Part shown: positions 9,141-17,411 of the stretch, piece after piece
How the letters are laid out: the number at the start of each line of letters is the position of its first letter
Position numbering within the stretch: the first letter of the stretch is position 1
Source of the DNA: a virus
Taxonomy: Duplodnaviria > Caudoviricetes
Direction: 5' to 3' (one strand)
IMG/VR virus record: IMGVR_UViG_3300020578_000101
Location: 1 to 54,761 of that record
DNA length: 54,761 bases
Made by a program: the position numbers and the translations under genes
The notes under the pieces: generated by a model
Databases searched by the model: none
What the model was told of the DNA's origin: nothing
What the model saw: the letters and a program-made list of their open reading frames with translations, nothing else

Positions 9141-10583
9141 CTATACCCAGCCGCCTGTGGTCGCTTCACGGATGGTGCGCGCACGGACCGGGTTCATCTC
9201 GGCTCGTAGATGCAAGCATCCATATTGGAATGCGTCATGAATGTGGGAGAACTTATCTTTCACGGGTCGATCCTTAAACTTTGTTGTGCCAGAGGATCTC
9301 AACCGCTCATAGCGGTATCCCCCGTTGAATCCCTTGCGCAACATCTTGCAAGACGGGTCAAGCAAGAACCCAGGCTCACCGCCAGACATGCGTTGCAGGA
9401 AGAAAGCAACGCTTTCACGGCGCGCCAAGAATTCGTTTGTCGGTGCTGGCTCGCAGACCATGCCGAGCGACAGCAACTCCTGCATACAGGTCTTCTCGTC
9501 GGTCTGGGCTCGAATGTTTCCAGCCGGGTCGCCCACTGCCTCGATCCGGTTCCGCGGGAACTCGGAGAGGATGAAAGGGCGGACCACCTCGGAGTAGAAC
9601 TGCCGGATACCCATGTCCTCGGACACAAGTTCACGCAGTCCCAACAACTGTCCGCGTGGCGACATCTGGATGAATGCGCATGCAGGGGTTAAGCCAAAGT
9701 CAAACGCCGCAATAACCGGCATCCCATCAATCGGCTTGAGCGTGTCCTGCGCCAGATGAACCTTTTCGTTCCACTCTGGGTAAACCGGTTTGCCATCAAG
9801 CGTGGTCCCGTACTCTCCGAGCAGGAAGACCTTGATCCAGTCTTCAGTTTTACCTGCTACTTGGTTGAGGTAGTACTGGTACCCGAGCGCGTGGTTTTGG
9901 ATGTTTTCCGCTTGCGGGTTTGGGATGTACTGTTTGAACGTTTGGCTTTTTGGGTCGAGGTCTTGGTAGAGACCGCCCGGTTGTCGGAAGAACCGATAGG
10001 TGTCGGGTCTATTCTCTTCTGCGATTGTGTACCACCAGGAGTCGTCGTCTGGTGGGTTTGTGTCCATGATGACTCCAGTCCACGTTGGACCGCCGACCCT
10101 TTTCGAAGGAAAACGCCCAACGCGTTGGGTACACATGTCAAGAACCGCTTTATCCATTTCAGAGGCTTCATTGATCCACGCTCCAGTTAGTTCGAGGGAC
10201 CGGAGTTTGTTCACGTCCTCTGGACGGTCAATAGCAATGAACAGGACTTCAAGTTCCAGACCAGTACCGTCTCCGATATCCCCGATGTTGACCATCGATG
10301 TAATAGGCGTATCCCATTTCATGACGGCTATGTCCTGCATCCAGTCCATCCACGTACGAATGGTGGTGGACTTCAATTCAGGGTAGGTGTTACGCAGAGC
10401 CGCCCAACGAGAGCGGCGAATGCCATCTGATCCAGGCGCCTGTTCGAGCGCGCGGGACATGACCTCGTAACAGCATGCTGTTGACTTGCCGGAACCTACA
10501 GGTCCCATCAAGCCACGTACAAAAGAGTTGTCCAGGTGAAAGGCTTCACACGCCGCACCCGGTGGGGCGTAGTTGACTTCCAT
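9141..10583 (-). CDS. terL: Terminase large subunit
   Basis: Walker A GPVGSGKS, Walker B-like WINEASE, DTNPP, nuclease DFGLTP and SHIHDA. Confidence 0.95.
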   Translation of the reverse strand: MEVNYAPPGAACEAFHLDNSFVRGLMGPVGSGKSTACCYEVMSRALEQAPGSDGIRRSRWAALRNTYPELKSTTIRTWMDWMQDIAVMKWDTPITSMVNIGDIGDGTGLELEVLFIAIDRPEDVNKLRSLELTGAWINEASEMDKAVLDMCTQRVGRFPSKRVGGPTWTGVIMDTNPPDDDSWWYTIAEENRPDTYRFFRQPGGLYQDLDPKSQTFKQYIPNPQAENIQNHALGYQYYLNQVAGKTEDWIKVFLLGEYGTTLDGKPVYPEWNEKVHLAQDTLKPIDGMPVIAAFDFGLTPACAFIQMSPRGQLLGLRELVSEDMGIRQFYSEVVRPFILSEFPRNRIEAVGDPAGNIRAQTDEKTCMQELLSLGMVCEPAPTNEFLARRESVAFFLQRMSGGEPGFLLDPSCKMLRKGFNGGYRYERLRSSGTTKFKDRPVKDKFSHIHDAFQYGCLHLRAEMNPVRARTIREATTGGWV

Positions 10584-10897
10584 TACCAGAGTTTCTTGCG
10601 AGCCCAGTAGTTAGCGCTGAACTTGTCGTCCTTCGTCAATTCACCAGACTTGTTGCGAATGCCAGCAGACCGAGCAAGGTAGTTCTCGCGACGCTTCTCA
10701 CTACCATGTTGGCGGTAGTCTTCGTAGTCGCGATGACCGAACGACACCTTCTTAATCTCGTCCCCTTTCTTGGCGAGTACGACCATCTTGTGCTTTGACC
10801 CCGCTGGTGCCTTCTTTGGTTTGTTGAACCCCGGAAACTCCTCTCCCAGGTAGGTTAACTTCCCGCCCACTCTCTTCGCTGCTGTTGCTTTTGCCAT
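10583..10897 (-). CDS. Small basic hypothetical phage protein
   Basis: Lys/Arg-rich; V.FG...Y...H....RR.NY.AR and SA.YWA motifs. Confidence 0.7.
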   Translation of the reverse strand: MAKATAAKRVGGKLTYLGEEFPGFNKPKKAPAGSKHKMVVLAKKGDEIKKVSFGHRDYEDYRQHGSEKRRENYLARSAGIRNKSGELTKDDKFSANYWARKKLW

Positions 10898-11017
10898 AGA
10901 TCCTCCGCTGTTCTTCCTCGTACTTCCGCTTCTCCCTGATGTATTCCGCTGAACTTATGAGCCACTGGAATACATTCCCATCCACCCGCGGGTCGTACGT
11001 TGGGTACTTGCTTGGTT

Positions 11018-11482
11018 TCACGCAACCAGACCCGGCAAGTAGACGGTCTTGCCGTCTTTCTTGGTCGCGGTCATGACTTGCTTTTTGTTGTCTTCGGCAA
11101 CATACGAGACATGCACCCAACCGCTGTCGGGGATGCCTGGGGTATAGAACTCCAGAATCAATTGGCGGAACTCAAGGTTGTCCTTGATCCACTCTGCCAA
11201 CTCGGCGTTTGCTACGCCTGGAATCTCAATGTCTGCCGCTTGCCCGAGGCAATGATCTGAGGTTTTGCTTCCACCAACTTTAGCGTTGACTTCTGGGTGG
11301 CGGAATCCGGAGTTGACCTTAACACCCTTACCGTAGTGGTCCCTGACGGGCTGGAGGACTTTTTCACAAAGTAACTTAAGGTTGCCAATCTCTTTCTCCC
11401 CAGGCTCGTTCGGCATGTCGTGACGCAGAGCAGTTTCGCTCTTGATCATCTCCGACAGCGTGAAGTTCTTACTCAGGTTCAT
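11018..11482 (-). CDS. Endolysin, peptidase M15A family (Zn D-Ala-D-Ala peptidase fold)
   Basis: LSKNFTL.E, SGFR, S.H..G.AAD and WVHVSY motifs. Confidence 0.85.
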   Translation of the reverse strand: MNLSKNFTLSEMIKSETALRHDMPNEPGEKEIGNLKLLCEKVLQPVRDHYGKGVKVNSGFRHPEVNAKVGGSKTSDHCLGQAADIEIPGVANAELAEWIKDNLEFRQLILEFYTPGIPDSGWVHVSYVAEDNKKQVMTATKKDGKTVYLPGLVA

Positions 11483-11976
11483 GTCAGCAGCCTTTTGATT
11501 TTTTCGTCCTTCTCTTTTGACCCGGCGGAACTGCCGAAGTAGTAAGACAGGACTTGAGTTGCAGCGCTTGATAGGAAGCCAAGGACGAAGATGATGATGT
11601 TCTCTTGGCTGTCAGGGAAATTCACAAAGAACACCAATGCAGTCATCGCCATCGTTGACGCAAGAGTTCCAATGGCAAGCAGAGACGTGATGTTCTTCGT
11701 GATGAAATGAACATCAGCCTTTGCCATCTCGACTTCGCGAGTACGGGCTGAATTCCGATCGGCGTTGTGCAACTCCAACTCTTTAAGATCGAGTTCGCGC
11801 AACTTCAACGCGAGGCTGGGGTCAGCCTGGAGAGCCTTGGTCACTGACTCGACGTTGTTATCCACGCCGAGCATTCCAGAGATCATGGAGACAGCCTTGC
11901 CAGCCATCGGTCCACCGAGGGCAGTAGCAACAGCAGGGGCTGCGCCTTTAACAAGACCGATCAGCGTATCCATCAT
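11479..11976 (-). CDS. Holin-like membrane protein
   Basis: APAVATALGGP N-terminus, SAR.RE, two TM segments, YYFGSS; adjacent to the endolysin. Confidence 0.7.
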   Translation of the reverse strand: MMDTLIGLVKGAAPAVATALGGPMAGKAVSMISGMLGVDNNVESVTKALQADPSLALKLRELDLKELELHNADRNSARTREVEMAKADVHFITKNITSLLAIGTLASTMAMTALVFFVNFPDSQENIIIFVLGFLSSAATQVLSYYFGSSAGSKEKDEKIKRLLT

Positions 11977-11978
11977 GC

Positions 11979-12272
11979 TTACAACTCCTCAGCCTTCTTC
12001 TGCTCTTCTTCCTTCTTCAGAGCGTTGGCTGCGGCATAGGCACCTTTGCGACCGACGATCCCGCCCACGGCTCCAATACACAAGAGCATGATGTCCTTGA
12101 GAATCCCAAGGAACGCTTGGTCAATAGGGCTAATGCGCTCCATGTCGTGTTCTATAAACATCACTCCGAATATGATGCCGACAACAGACATGAGCAGGAT
12201 TAACGCGAGCATCATTACGATAATCGCCCAAACACGGACTTCGATTTCTTCAGTGGTGAGTTCCTTAAACAT
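11979..12272 (-). CDS. Two-TM membrane protein (lysis region)
   Basis: Two hydrophobic helices. Confidence 0.65.
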   Translation of the reverse strand: MFKELTTEEIEVRVWAIIVMMLALILLMSVVGIIFGVMFIEHDMERISPIDQAFLGILKDIMLLCIGAVGGIVGRKGAYAAANALKKEEEQKKAEEL

Positions 12273-12274
12273 CT

Positions 12275-12796
12275 TTACCCCTTAAATTCAATGATCATGG
12301 AAATCAACAGATAAAGTACAAAGATTCCAACACCAACGATTGCAGATCCACCACCCCAGAGGATGATGTTGTCCCAGAGTTCTGCTTGCATCTGCTCTTG
12401 CTCTTGCCTCATTTGGATGCGTTTGGCTCTAATCTCCCGGCGCATATTGCAGAACTTGGCGTAACCATCCATTCCACCGAAGCCATGTTCGAGGTTGCAG
12501 AAGGCTCCGTACAAAAACTCATGTCGGATGTCAGCCTCCATCTGCTTTAACTTATGCTCTGCCTCAAAGACATTGAAGGCATCAGCAGTGTCGTTTCCTT
12601 CTTCGGTGTTGCCGAATAATTTTGGCTTCTTTGGAGTGTTCTTCTCTTTTTGGATCGCCTGTTCTAACTGATCGGCAACACCACAATACTTTGAGAGTTG
12701 GGAGAAAACTCCCTCAGCCTCTTGCGCTAACTCTGAAGCCTTCTTGATTCCAGACCATATCGCGCTCGCAGTAGCCAGTAAGGTGATCGGGTCCAT
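12275..12796 (-). CDS. Membrane-anchored coiled-coil protein
   Basis: MDPITLLA N-terminus, coiled coil, C-terminal TM segment. Confidence 0.7.
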   Translation of the reverse strand: MDPITLLATASAIWSGIKKASELAQEAEGVFSQLSKYCGVADQLEQAIQKEKNTPKKPKLFGNTEEGNDTADAFNVFEAEHKLKQMEADIRHEFLYGAFCNLEHGFGGMDGYAKFCNMRREIRAKRIQMRQEQEQMQAELWDNIILWGGGSAIVGVGIFVLYLLISMIIEFKG

Positions 12797-12811
12797 TCAT
12801 TCCTCTTGAGG

Positions 12812-13075
12812 TCACTTGTCTTGCTTGCTATCAAGTTTCTTGAACAAAACACCAATCAAGTCTTTGATCTCTTTAAACCCCTCTTGCATATCTTTCTTAT
12901 GCTCTGCCATTGCGTCTTTGAAGTCGTCACGGCGTACAAAGTCTTCATGCATCTTTGTATCCATGTTTCGGACGTCCTTCTTAAGATCCTGGATGGCGTC
13001 CCAAATAATTTTGAGAATCCATCCGCCGCATGCGCCAGCAAGCGCAACCAGCCAGTTAAATACCATTTGATCCAT
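12812..13075 (-). CDS. Membrane-anchored small protein
   Basis: N-terminal TM plus coiled coil (FVRRDDF...LF.KLD.K.DK). Confidence 0.7.
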   Translation of the reverse strand: MDQMVFNWLVALAGACGGWILKIIWDAIQDLKKDVRNMDTKMHEDFVRRDDFKDAMAEHKKDMQEGFKEIKDLIGVLFKKLDSKQDK

Positions 13076-13115
13076 ACCAATCCTTTAACGACCAATAGGA
13101 TTGGTCGTGGCTCGT

Positions 13116-13322
13116 TTAATCAAGTTTGTTTTCGTCCAGTTTGTGTTCGCCGCACCAGTCCATAGGAAAGACGGCAGGAAATCCATTTGAGGTGGGCGCA
13201 TTACGTCTACAACGTCCAATCCGAATTAGATCTCCCTCAACCGCACTCTCATGCAGTTTCGGCACAAAGTACATACAGGTCGCGCACTTCATCTTCGCGG
13301 ACCGATGAATCCAGTTATCCAC
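13116..13322 (-). CDS. Small Cys-rich metal-binding protein
   Basis: CATC...GRCRR.AP....FP.V...DWCGEH. Confidence 0.65.
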   Translation of the reverse strand: MDNWIHRSAKMKCATCMYFVPKLHESAVEGDLIRIGRCRRNAPTSNGFPAVFPMDWCGEHKLDENKLD

Positions 13323-13424
13323 AGCCTTCTCCTAAAGGTGCCGGTTACGATAATCCGGCGTCGCTGCCGCCTGAGTTTGGTGGTAGGGAGGCACCCAGAC
13401 CTTTGAGAGCGAGGAGAAGCACCC

Positions 13425-13712
13425 TCATGCGACCGATCGAGCAGCCATTGACGCTTCCTCAAAAGAACGGAGCAGGTTCCTGACCAGCAGGACTATGTCA
13501 TCCGGACCCGTGAAGAGCGCCGTATTTATTTCCGTTTCGTAGTACTTCGGCTCCCCATCGATCAAAACGTACCCGCAGACCGTCATAACGTGCGGTGCAA
13601 TCGCTTGCCGTTCGGGAGACTCATACTGGACCGTCACGTTTCGGAGCGGCTGAAACCGTCTGAGTAGCATCTGTAGTTCGTGCGGATAAAGTCCATGCGT
13701 ATCCATAAGCAC
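13425..13712 (-). CDS. Hypothetical protein
   Basis: 95 aa, AAGGAG RBS. Confidence 0.6.
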   Translation of the reverse strand: MLMDTHGLYPHELQMLLRRFQPLRNVTVQYESPERQAIAPHVMTVCGYVLIDGEPKYYETEINTALFTGPDDIVLLVRNLLRSFEEASMAARSVA

Positions 13713-14025
13713 TCCTTATGCGCATGTAAAAAAAATAATCCAGACTGAAAGGTAGCCCCAGGGGGTCGAACGCTTTGGTCCGGTGGGGGTCGCGTGTGCG
13801 AGCCAGTGCGTGTGAATAGGTATGTGTGGTGGAGCCTCAACGCCGCCGGTCGTCGTCGTTCTGGTCCAGCCGGGGGTCCAGCGCGACGAGCCAGCCGTCC
13901 AGCCAGCCAGCCGGTCCAGCCCATTCAAAACGGGGTGGTGCCACCGTCCTGGTACAGCCAGAACAAAGGGCTCACCAACTGTTGAAAATGATGCATGCCA
14001 TCCCTCAATACCGGCAACGACCGGA

Positions 14026-14655
14026 TCAATGTTCCGCGGGTCGCTCCAATACTGGCATGGCGTTCACGTCGATTGTGGGTTGAACAGTGTGACCAACTGT
14101 TCGCTGTGGCAGTCCGATGTTGAATGTCACGTTCGTTTTTGGCGCCGCCACCTGGATATCGCCCCACTTGGTCGGCTTGAGTTTCGAGGCTATCCACTTC
14201 CTGGTATCTACGCGCAGACGTGCCGCCTGGATCTCCTCCAGGGTGCCGCTGGCGGCTTCGTCGGCAATGTCGACCATCTCGTCCGCCAGAGTGTCCGCCC
14301 GGTCGTCGTGCGCGCGCGCGTAGCGCTTGTGGAAATCACCGCGTTCTCTCAACCACCGGTATATCGTCGTCAGGTCTCTTCCCGTCGCTCTGCTGTAACT
14401 CCGCAGGGATTTGCCCTCTGCGATCCACGCACAGATCCGGTCTCCCTCTTCGTCGGTGTACTCAGAAGGTCTTCCCCGTCCCTGGCTTACCGTCCCTACC
14501 GCTCTCTCTCCCTCTACTGTCTCTTCCCCTACAGCAGTCACTACTGTTGCCGCTGTCAGCGCTGTTGGGGGCGCGCGATTTTCTGCTTCCCTTACCCGCT
14601 GGAGTTCTTCTTCCTGGATGCGGTCTTTCAGGGCGCGGCGTTCTTCCCTGGTCAT
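14026..14655 (-). CDS. terS: Terminase small subunit (Sf6-type HTH)
   Basis: GRPSEY...IC..IAEG.SL, TIYRW, YARA, RLRVDTRKW.ASKL.P.KWGD. Confidence 0.85.
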   Translation of the reverse strand: MTREERRALKDRIQEEELQRVREAENRAPPTALTAATVVTAVGEETVEGERAVGTVSQGRGRPSEYTDEEGDRICAWIAEGKSLRSYSRATGRDLTTIYRWLRERGDFHKRYARAHDDRADTLADEMVDIADEAASGTLEEIQAARLRVDTRKWIASKLKPTKWGDIQVAAPKTNVTFNIGLPQRTVGHTVQPTIDVNAMPVLERPAEH

Positions 14656-14897
14656 TTTCCTGTCCTCCTGTACTTCGCCGTCTTCCTGGCGACCGAATCG
14701 GGCTGGGCGACGAACTGTTTGCCCTTCGCCTTACCGGCTCTCTTCGCCCTGGTAGTCGCGGCATATTCCTCCGCGCTCAGTGCTTTGATTGCCCTCTCGG
14801 GGAGGTAACGCTCGCCAGTCTCACTGCTGGGCTTGCCGGATTTGGTGCGCCACTTCTGCGCGCCCCAGTCCTTGAGGCTCTTTTGGGGCGCTCTCAA
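14652..14897 (-). CDS. Small basic protein (DUF5872-like, C-terminal half)
   Basis: PQKSLKDW..QKWRTK.GK....ERYLP..AI; TTG start inferred. Confidence 0.65.
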   Translation of the reverse strand: MRAPQKSLKDWGAQKWRTKSGKPSSETGERYLPERAIKALSAEEYAATTRAKRAGKAKGKQFVAQPDSVARKTAKYRRTGK

Positions 14898-15076
14898 TCT
14901 CGATAGCCCCCGCCAGAAGCCTTGTACTGTTTCGCCAATAACTGTGCTTTCCTGGCGCTCCACTGCCCTGCCGCTGTTCCCTGGACGGCTTGCCCCTTGA
15001 TCTTTTCGAACAGGCGCTTGCGCAGGGCGGGTTTTGTGTAGTTCCCCGCGGCGTTCACGGTGGATTTCGACTTCAC
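14894..15076 (-). CDS. Small basic protein (DUF5872-like, N-terminal half)
   Basis: NYTKP.LR...GQWSARKAQL....YK..GGGY; GTG start inferred. Confidence 0.65.
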   Translation of the reverse strand: MKSKSTVNAAGNYTKPALRKRLFEKIKGQAVQGTAAGQWSARKAQLLAKQYKASGGGYRD

Positions 15077-15222
15077 TTGCCAGCCTTCATGCACTTGCCC
15101 ATGGCCTTGCATTTAGCGGCGTTCGGGCATCCAGAGCAGGGCTTGAATGCGCCGACTTTTCCACCGGCTTTGTAGCCCATGGGGGCGGTTTTCTTAGTTT
15201 TTTTCGATGCTGTTGCTTTCAT
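15073..15222 (-). CDS. Small basic Cys-containing protein, probable first late gene
   Basis: AGGAGGAG RBS; FKPCSGCP....C...GKC. Confidence 0.55.
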   Translation of the reverse strand: MKATASKKTKKTAPMGYKAGGKVGAFKPCSGCPNAAKCKAMGKCMKAGK

Positions 15223-15297
15223 ACAACTCCTCCTTAAGCCAGTATTGGCGCGGGTTACAGGGATGAACAACTATGAACAACTGTTTTGCTGTGTGTA

Positions 15298-15340
15298 AAT
15301 ACCGAATGGTATTGACAAAAGAAAATAAAGGGAGGAACAT
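15298..15340 (+). promoter_or_regulatory. Sigma70-type promoter overlapped by a 16-bp operator
   Basis: AATACC-GAAT-GGTATT (15298-15313) overlaps TTGACA (15312-15317); weak -10 GAACAT at 17-nt spacing. Confidence 0.6.
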
Positions 15341-15642
15341 CACAACTGTTCCGGTTGTTCTTTAGTGCTTCTGCCCTCTCCCGGAACGTGACCGAGGGCT
15401 GGGTTCCAGGTGACCGAGCAATGTCCTGGTTGGCGAGAGTCCTGCTGGTCGGGGCAAGACGCCGGAGGCGCGGTGCTAATCCGACCGTAAAGTGCGCTCG
15501 ACCAGCCCGCCGGGAATCCCCGCGCCCCAGTCAATTCTGTCTCTGACTGTTTCAGGGTTTCAGTCCCTGGCCCCCGAAAGTCTGCGGGGTCCAGGAGCGG
15601 ACGCCCTGTCCACCAGTTTTTAACCACCAGGAGGTAATCACC
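15341..15642 (+). ncRNA. Candidate structured leader/ncRNA
   Basis: ~300 nt without a credible ORF; at least five consecutive stems. Confidence 0.45.
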
Positions 15643-15726
15643 ATGTTTGCAATCGCGATCGTTCTCTCTGCGTTAATCACCGCCACGCTCGTTGTTGGCG
15701 GTTCTGTCGCCGTTCCCATTGAGTAA
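15643..15726 (+). CDS. 27-aa hydrophobic peptide
   Basis: AGGAGG RBS; MFAIAIVLSALITATLVVGGSVAVPIE; absent from the ORF track. Confidence 0.6.
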   Translation: MFAIAIVLSALITATLVVGGSVAVPIE

Positions 15727-15735
15727 GGAGCCGTT

Positions 15736-16005
15736 ATGCCCACCATCACCGTTCGAGTTCGCGACGTCTACGGCGTCCCGACCATTTACCCGGTCTGCAA
15801 CGCCGCCAAGTCGTTCGCGGCAATCGCTGGCACCAAGTCGCTGACGCTCAAGGCTTTGCAGGGCGTCGTTGCTCTCGGCTACACCATCGTAGTCGACGGC
15901 GGTAACTACGCGATCGGTCCCACCATCCACGGCAGTCTTTGCCTTGTCGAGGCTGACACGCCTCACTGCTGTGATCCCCGCTTCGAAACTTTCTGGAGTA
16001 CCTAA
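15736..16005 (+). CDS. Hypothetical early protein
   Basis: TAAGGAG RBS; VYG....YP.C..A..FA.IAGTK.LT motif. Confidence 0.7.
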   Translation: MPTITVRVRDVYGVPTIYPVCNAAKSFAAIAGTKSLTLKALQGVVALGYTIVVDGGNYAIGPTIHGSLCLVEADTPHCCDPRFETFWST

Positions 16006-16172
16006 TGAACGCCGCCCGAGCAATCACCCTTGAACTGCGCCGCCGTGAGCGACGTCGCTTTTTTATTGCCTTTCGACACTACCTTTTGGTAGTAGTCGGA
16101 TACTTTTTCGCTCTCTTTGGCTTGTATGTCTTTTGCGTCCTGTGGCTGTCCCTGGACGTCCTTTTCGCTTAA
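16005..16172 (+). CDS. 55-aa membrane protein
   Basis: TAATG coupling; basic N-terminus plus TM (MNAARAITLELRRRERRRFF...WLSLDVLFA); absent from the ORF track. Confidence 0.55.
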   Translation: MNAARAITLELRRRERRRFFIAFRHYLLVVVGYFFALFGLYVFCVLWLSLDVLFA

Positions 16173-16187
16173 CCAGGAGGAATCACC

Positions 16188-17411
16188 ATGTCATACGCTC
16201 ATCTGACCAAGCCGCAGTTGGTCGACATCGTCAAGCGATGCACCGGCTCTGCTGGCGACTACGCTCGCAAAACCAAGCAGGAGTACGAGGCGCAGGTTGC
16301 CAGTCTGCCTGTCGAGGACGTTCAGTCCGCCGCCCAGGCTCTCGGCATCCCGCTGATCTCTGGCGTCTGGTCTGGCGCCGCTACCGCTCCGGCTCCCGTT
16401 GTTGCCGATCCGGTCCCTGACGTCCAGGTCGTCGCGTCCAAAACACTGGGCGAGATTTTCGGCATCCGCGGCAAGTTTGCCAAGGAAGCCGTCGACGTCT
16501 GGAATGACCCAGCCGCCCCGGTCCTCGACCCGATCTACAAGTTCGACGGCGAACAGTTGTTCTCCGCTGTGACCGCACTCAAGCGCGGTCGCAATGTCTG
16601 GCTTGCAGGTCCTGCCGGTACCGGTAAAACCGAGTTCGTCAAAAACCTGTGCGCCGGTCTCGGTCGCGCTTTTGTCCGCGTTTCCTTTGACTCCAGTGCT
16701 GAAAAGTACGAGTTCATTGGCGGCGAGCGCGTCAAAAACGGCACCACCGTCTACCAGCGCGGCGTCGTTCTCCGCGGTTTTGTTCGTCCTGGTGCGGTGA
16801 TCCTGCTTGACGAAGTGTCTTTTGCCCGTCCCGAGTACCTGTCGGCGCTTCACGCCGCTCTTGAGCCCGAGGGCGTTGTGACCGTCCCGGAAACTGGCGA
16901 GGTCGTTCGCAAGGCTCCTGGCGTCGTGTTCTTTGCCGCCGACAACTCCAACGGTCGAGGTGACTACACCGGCATGTACGTTGGCATTCGCGAGCAAAAT
17001 GTCGCGTTTGTTAACCGCTTTGCCCGGACGATTGAGTTCAAATACCTGGAGCCAGCCGCCGAGGTCAAAGTCATCACCGCTCGCTCCGGCTGTAAGGAGT
17101 CCCTGGCGGCGCTTCTGGAGTCGTTCATTTGCGTCTGCCGCGAGGCTGGCGACCAAGCCCAGTTGGACCACGTCCCAACCCTTCGCGAGTTGTTCTACCT
17201 CGCCGAGGCGTTGACCGACGGGGTGCCTTACCGGCTCGCGTTCGAGCAGTGCATGGTCAACCGTGCCTCGCCCGAGTCGCGTGAGGTGTTGCAACAACTG
17301 TGGCGCGCCAACGTTTCTGACGACGCCATCAGGTTTGCCCTGGAAGGCATCACTCCTGCCAGTTCAGTTGTTCCTGCTGTTCAATCCACTGAGGAGACTG
17401 TCAATGTCTAA
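16188..17411 (+). CDS. MoxR/CobS/CbbQ-like AAA+ ATPase
   Basis: Walker A GPAGTGKT, Walker B ILLDE, AADN sensor, NRF; strong RBS. Confidence 0.9.
   Translation: MSYAHLTKPQLVDIVKRCTGSAGDYARKTKQEYEAQVASLPVEDVQSAAQALGIPLISGVWSGAATAPAPVVADPVPDVQVVASKTLGEIFGIRGKFAKEAVDVWNDPAAPVLDPIYKFDGEQLFSAVTALKRGRNVWLAGPAGTGKTEFVKNLCAGLGRAFVRVSFDSSAEKYEFIGGERVKNGTTVYQRGVVLRGFVRPGAVILLDEVSFARPEYLSALHAALEPEGVVTVPETGEVVRKAPGVVFFAADNSNGRGDYTGMYVGIREQNVAFVNRFARTIEFKYLEPAAEVKVITARSGCKESLAALLESFICVCREAGDQAQLDHVPTLRELFYLAEALTDGVPYRLAFEQCMVNRASPESREVLQQLWRANVSDDAIRFALEGITPASSVVPAVQSTEETVNV

Noticed and set aside
10752-11021. Spanin-like overlapping ORF after the endolysin
   Set aside because: No TM segment or lipobox; it may be a small real gene but is not supportable.
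15468-15490. SAM-I riboswitch-like GGTGCTAA..CC
   Set aside because: The other conserved SAM-I elements (AUC..GAG P1, kink-turn) were not found.
16191-17297. 368-aa minus-strand ORF (likewise 13822..14808, 14220..14906, 27051..27851, 18010..18696, 409..1104)
   Set aside because: Antisense shadows of well-supported genes in GC-rich, codon-biased DNA; no motifs.
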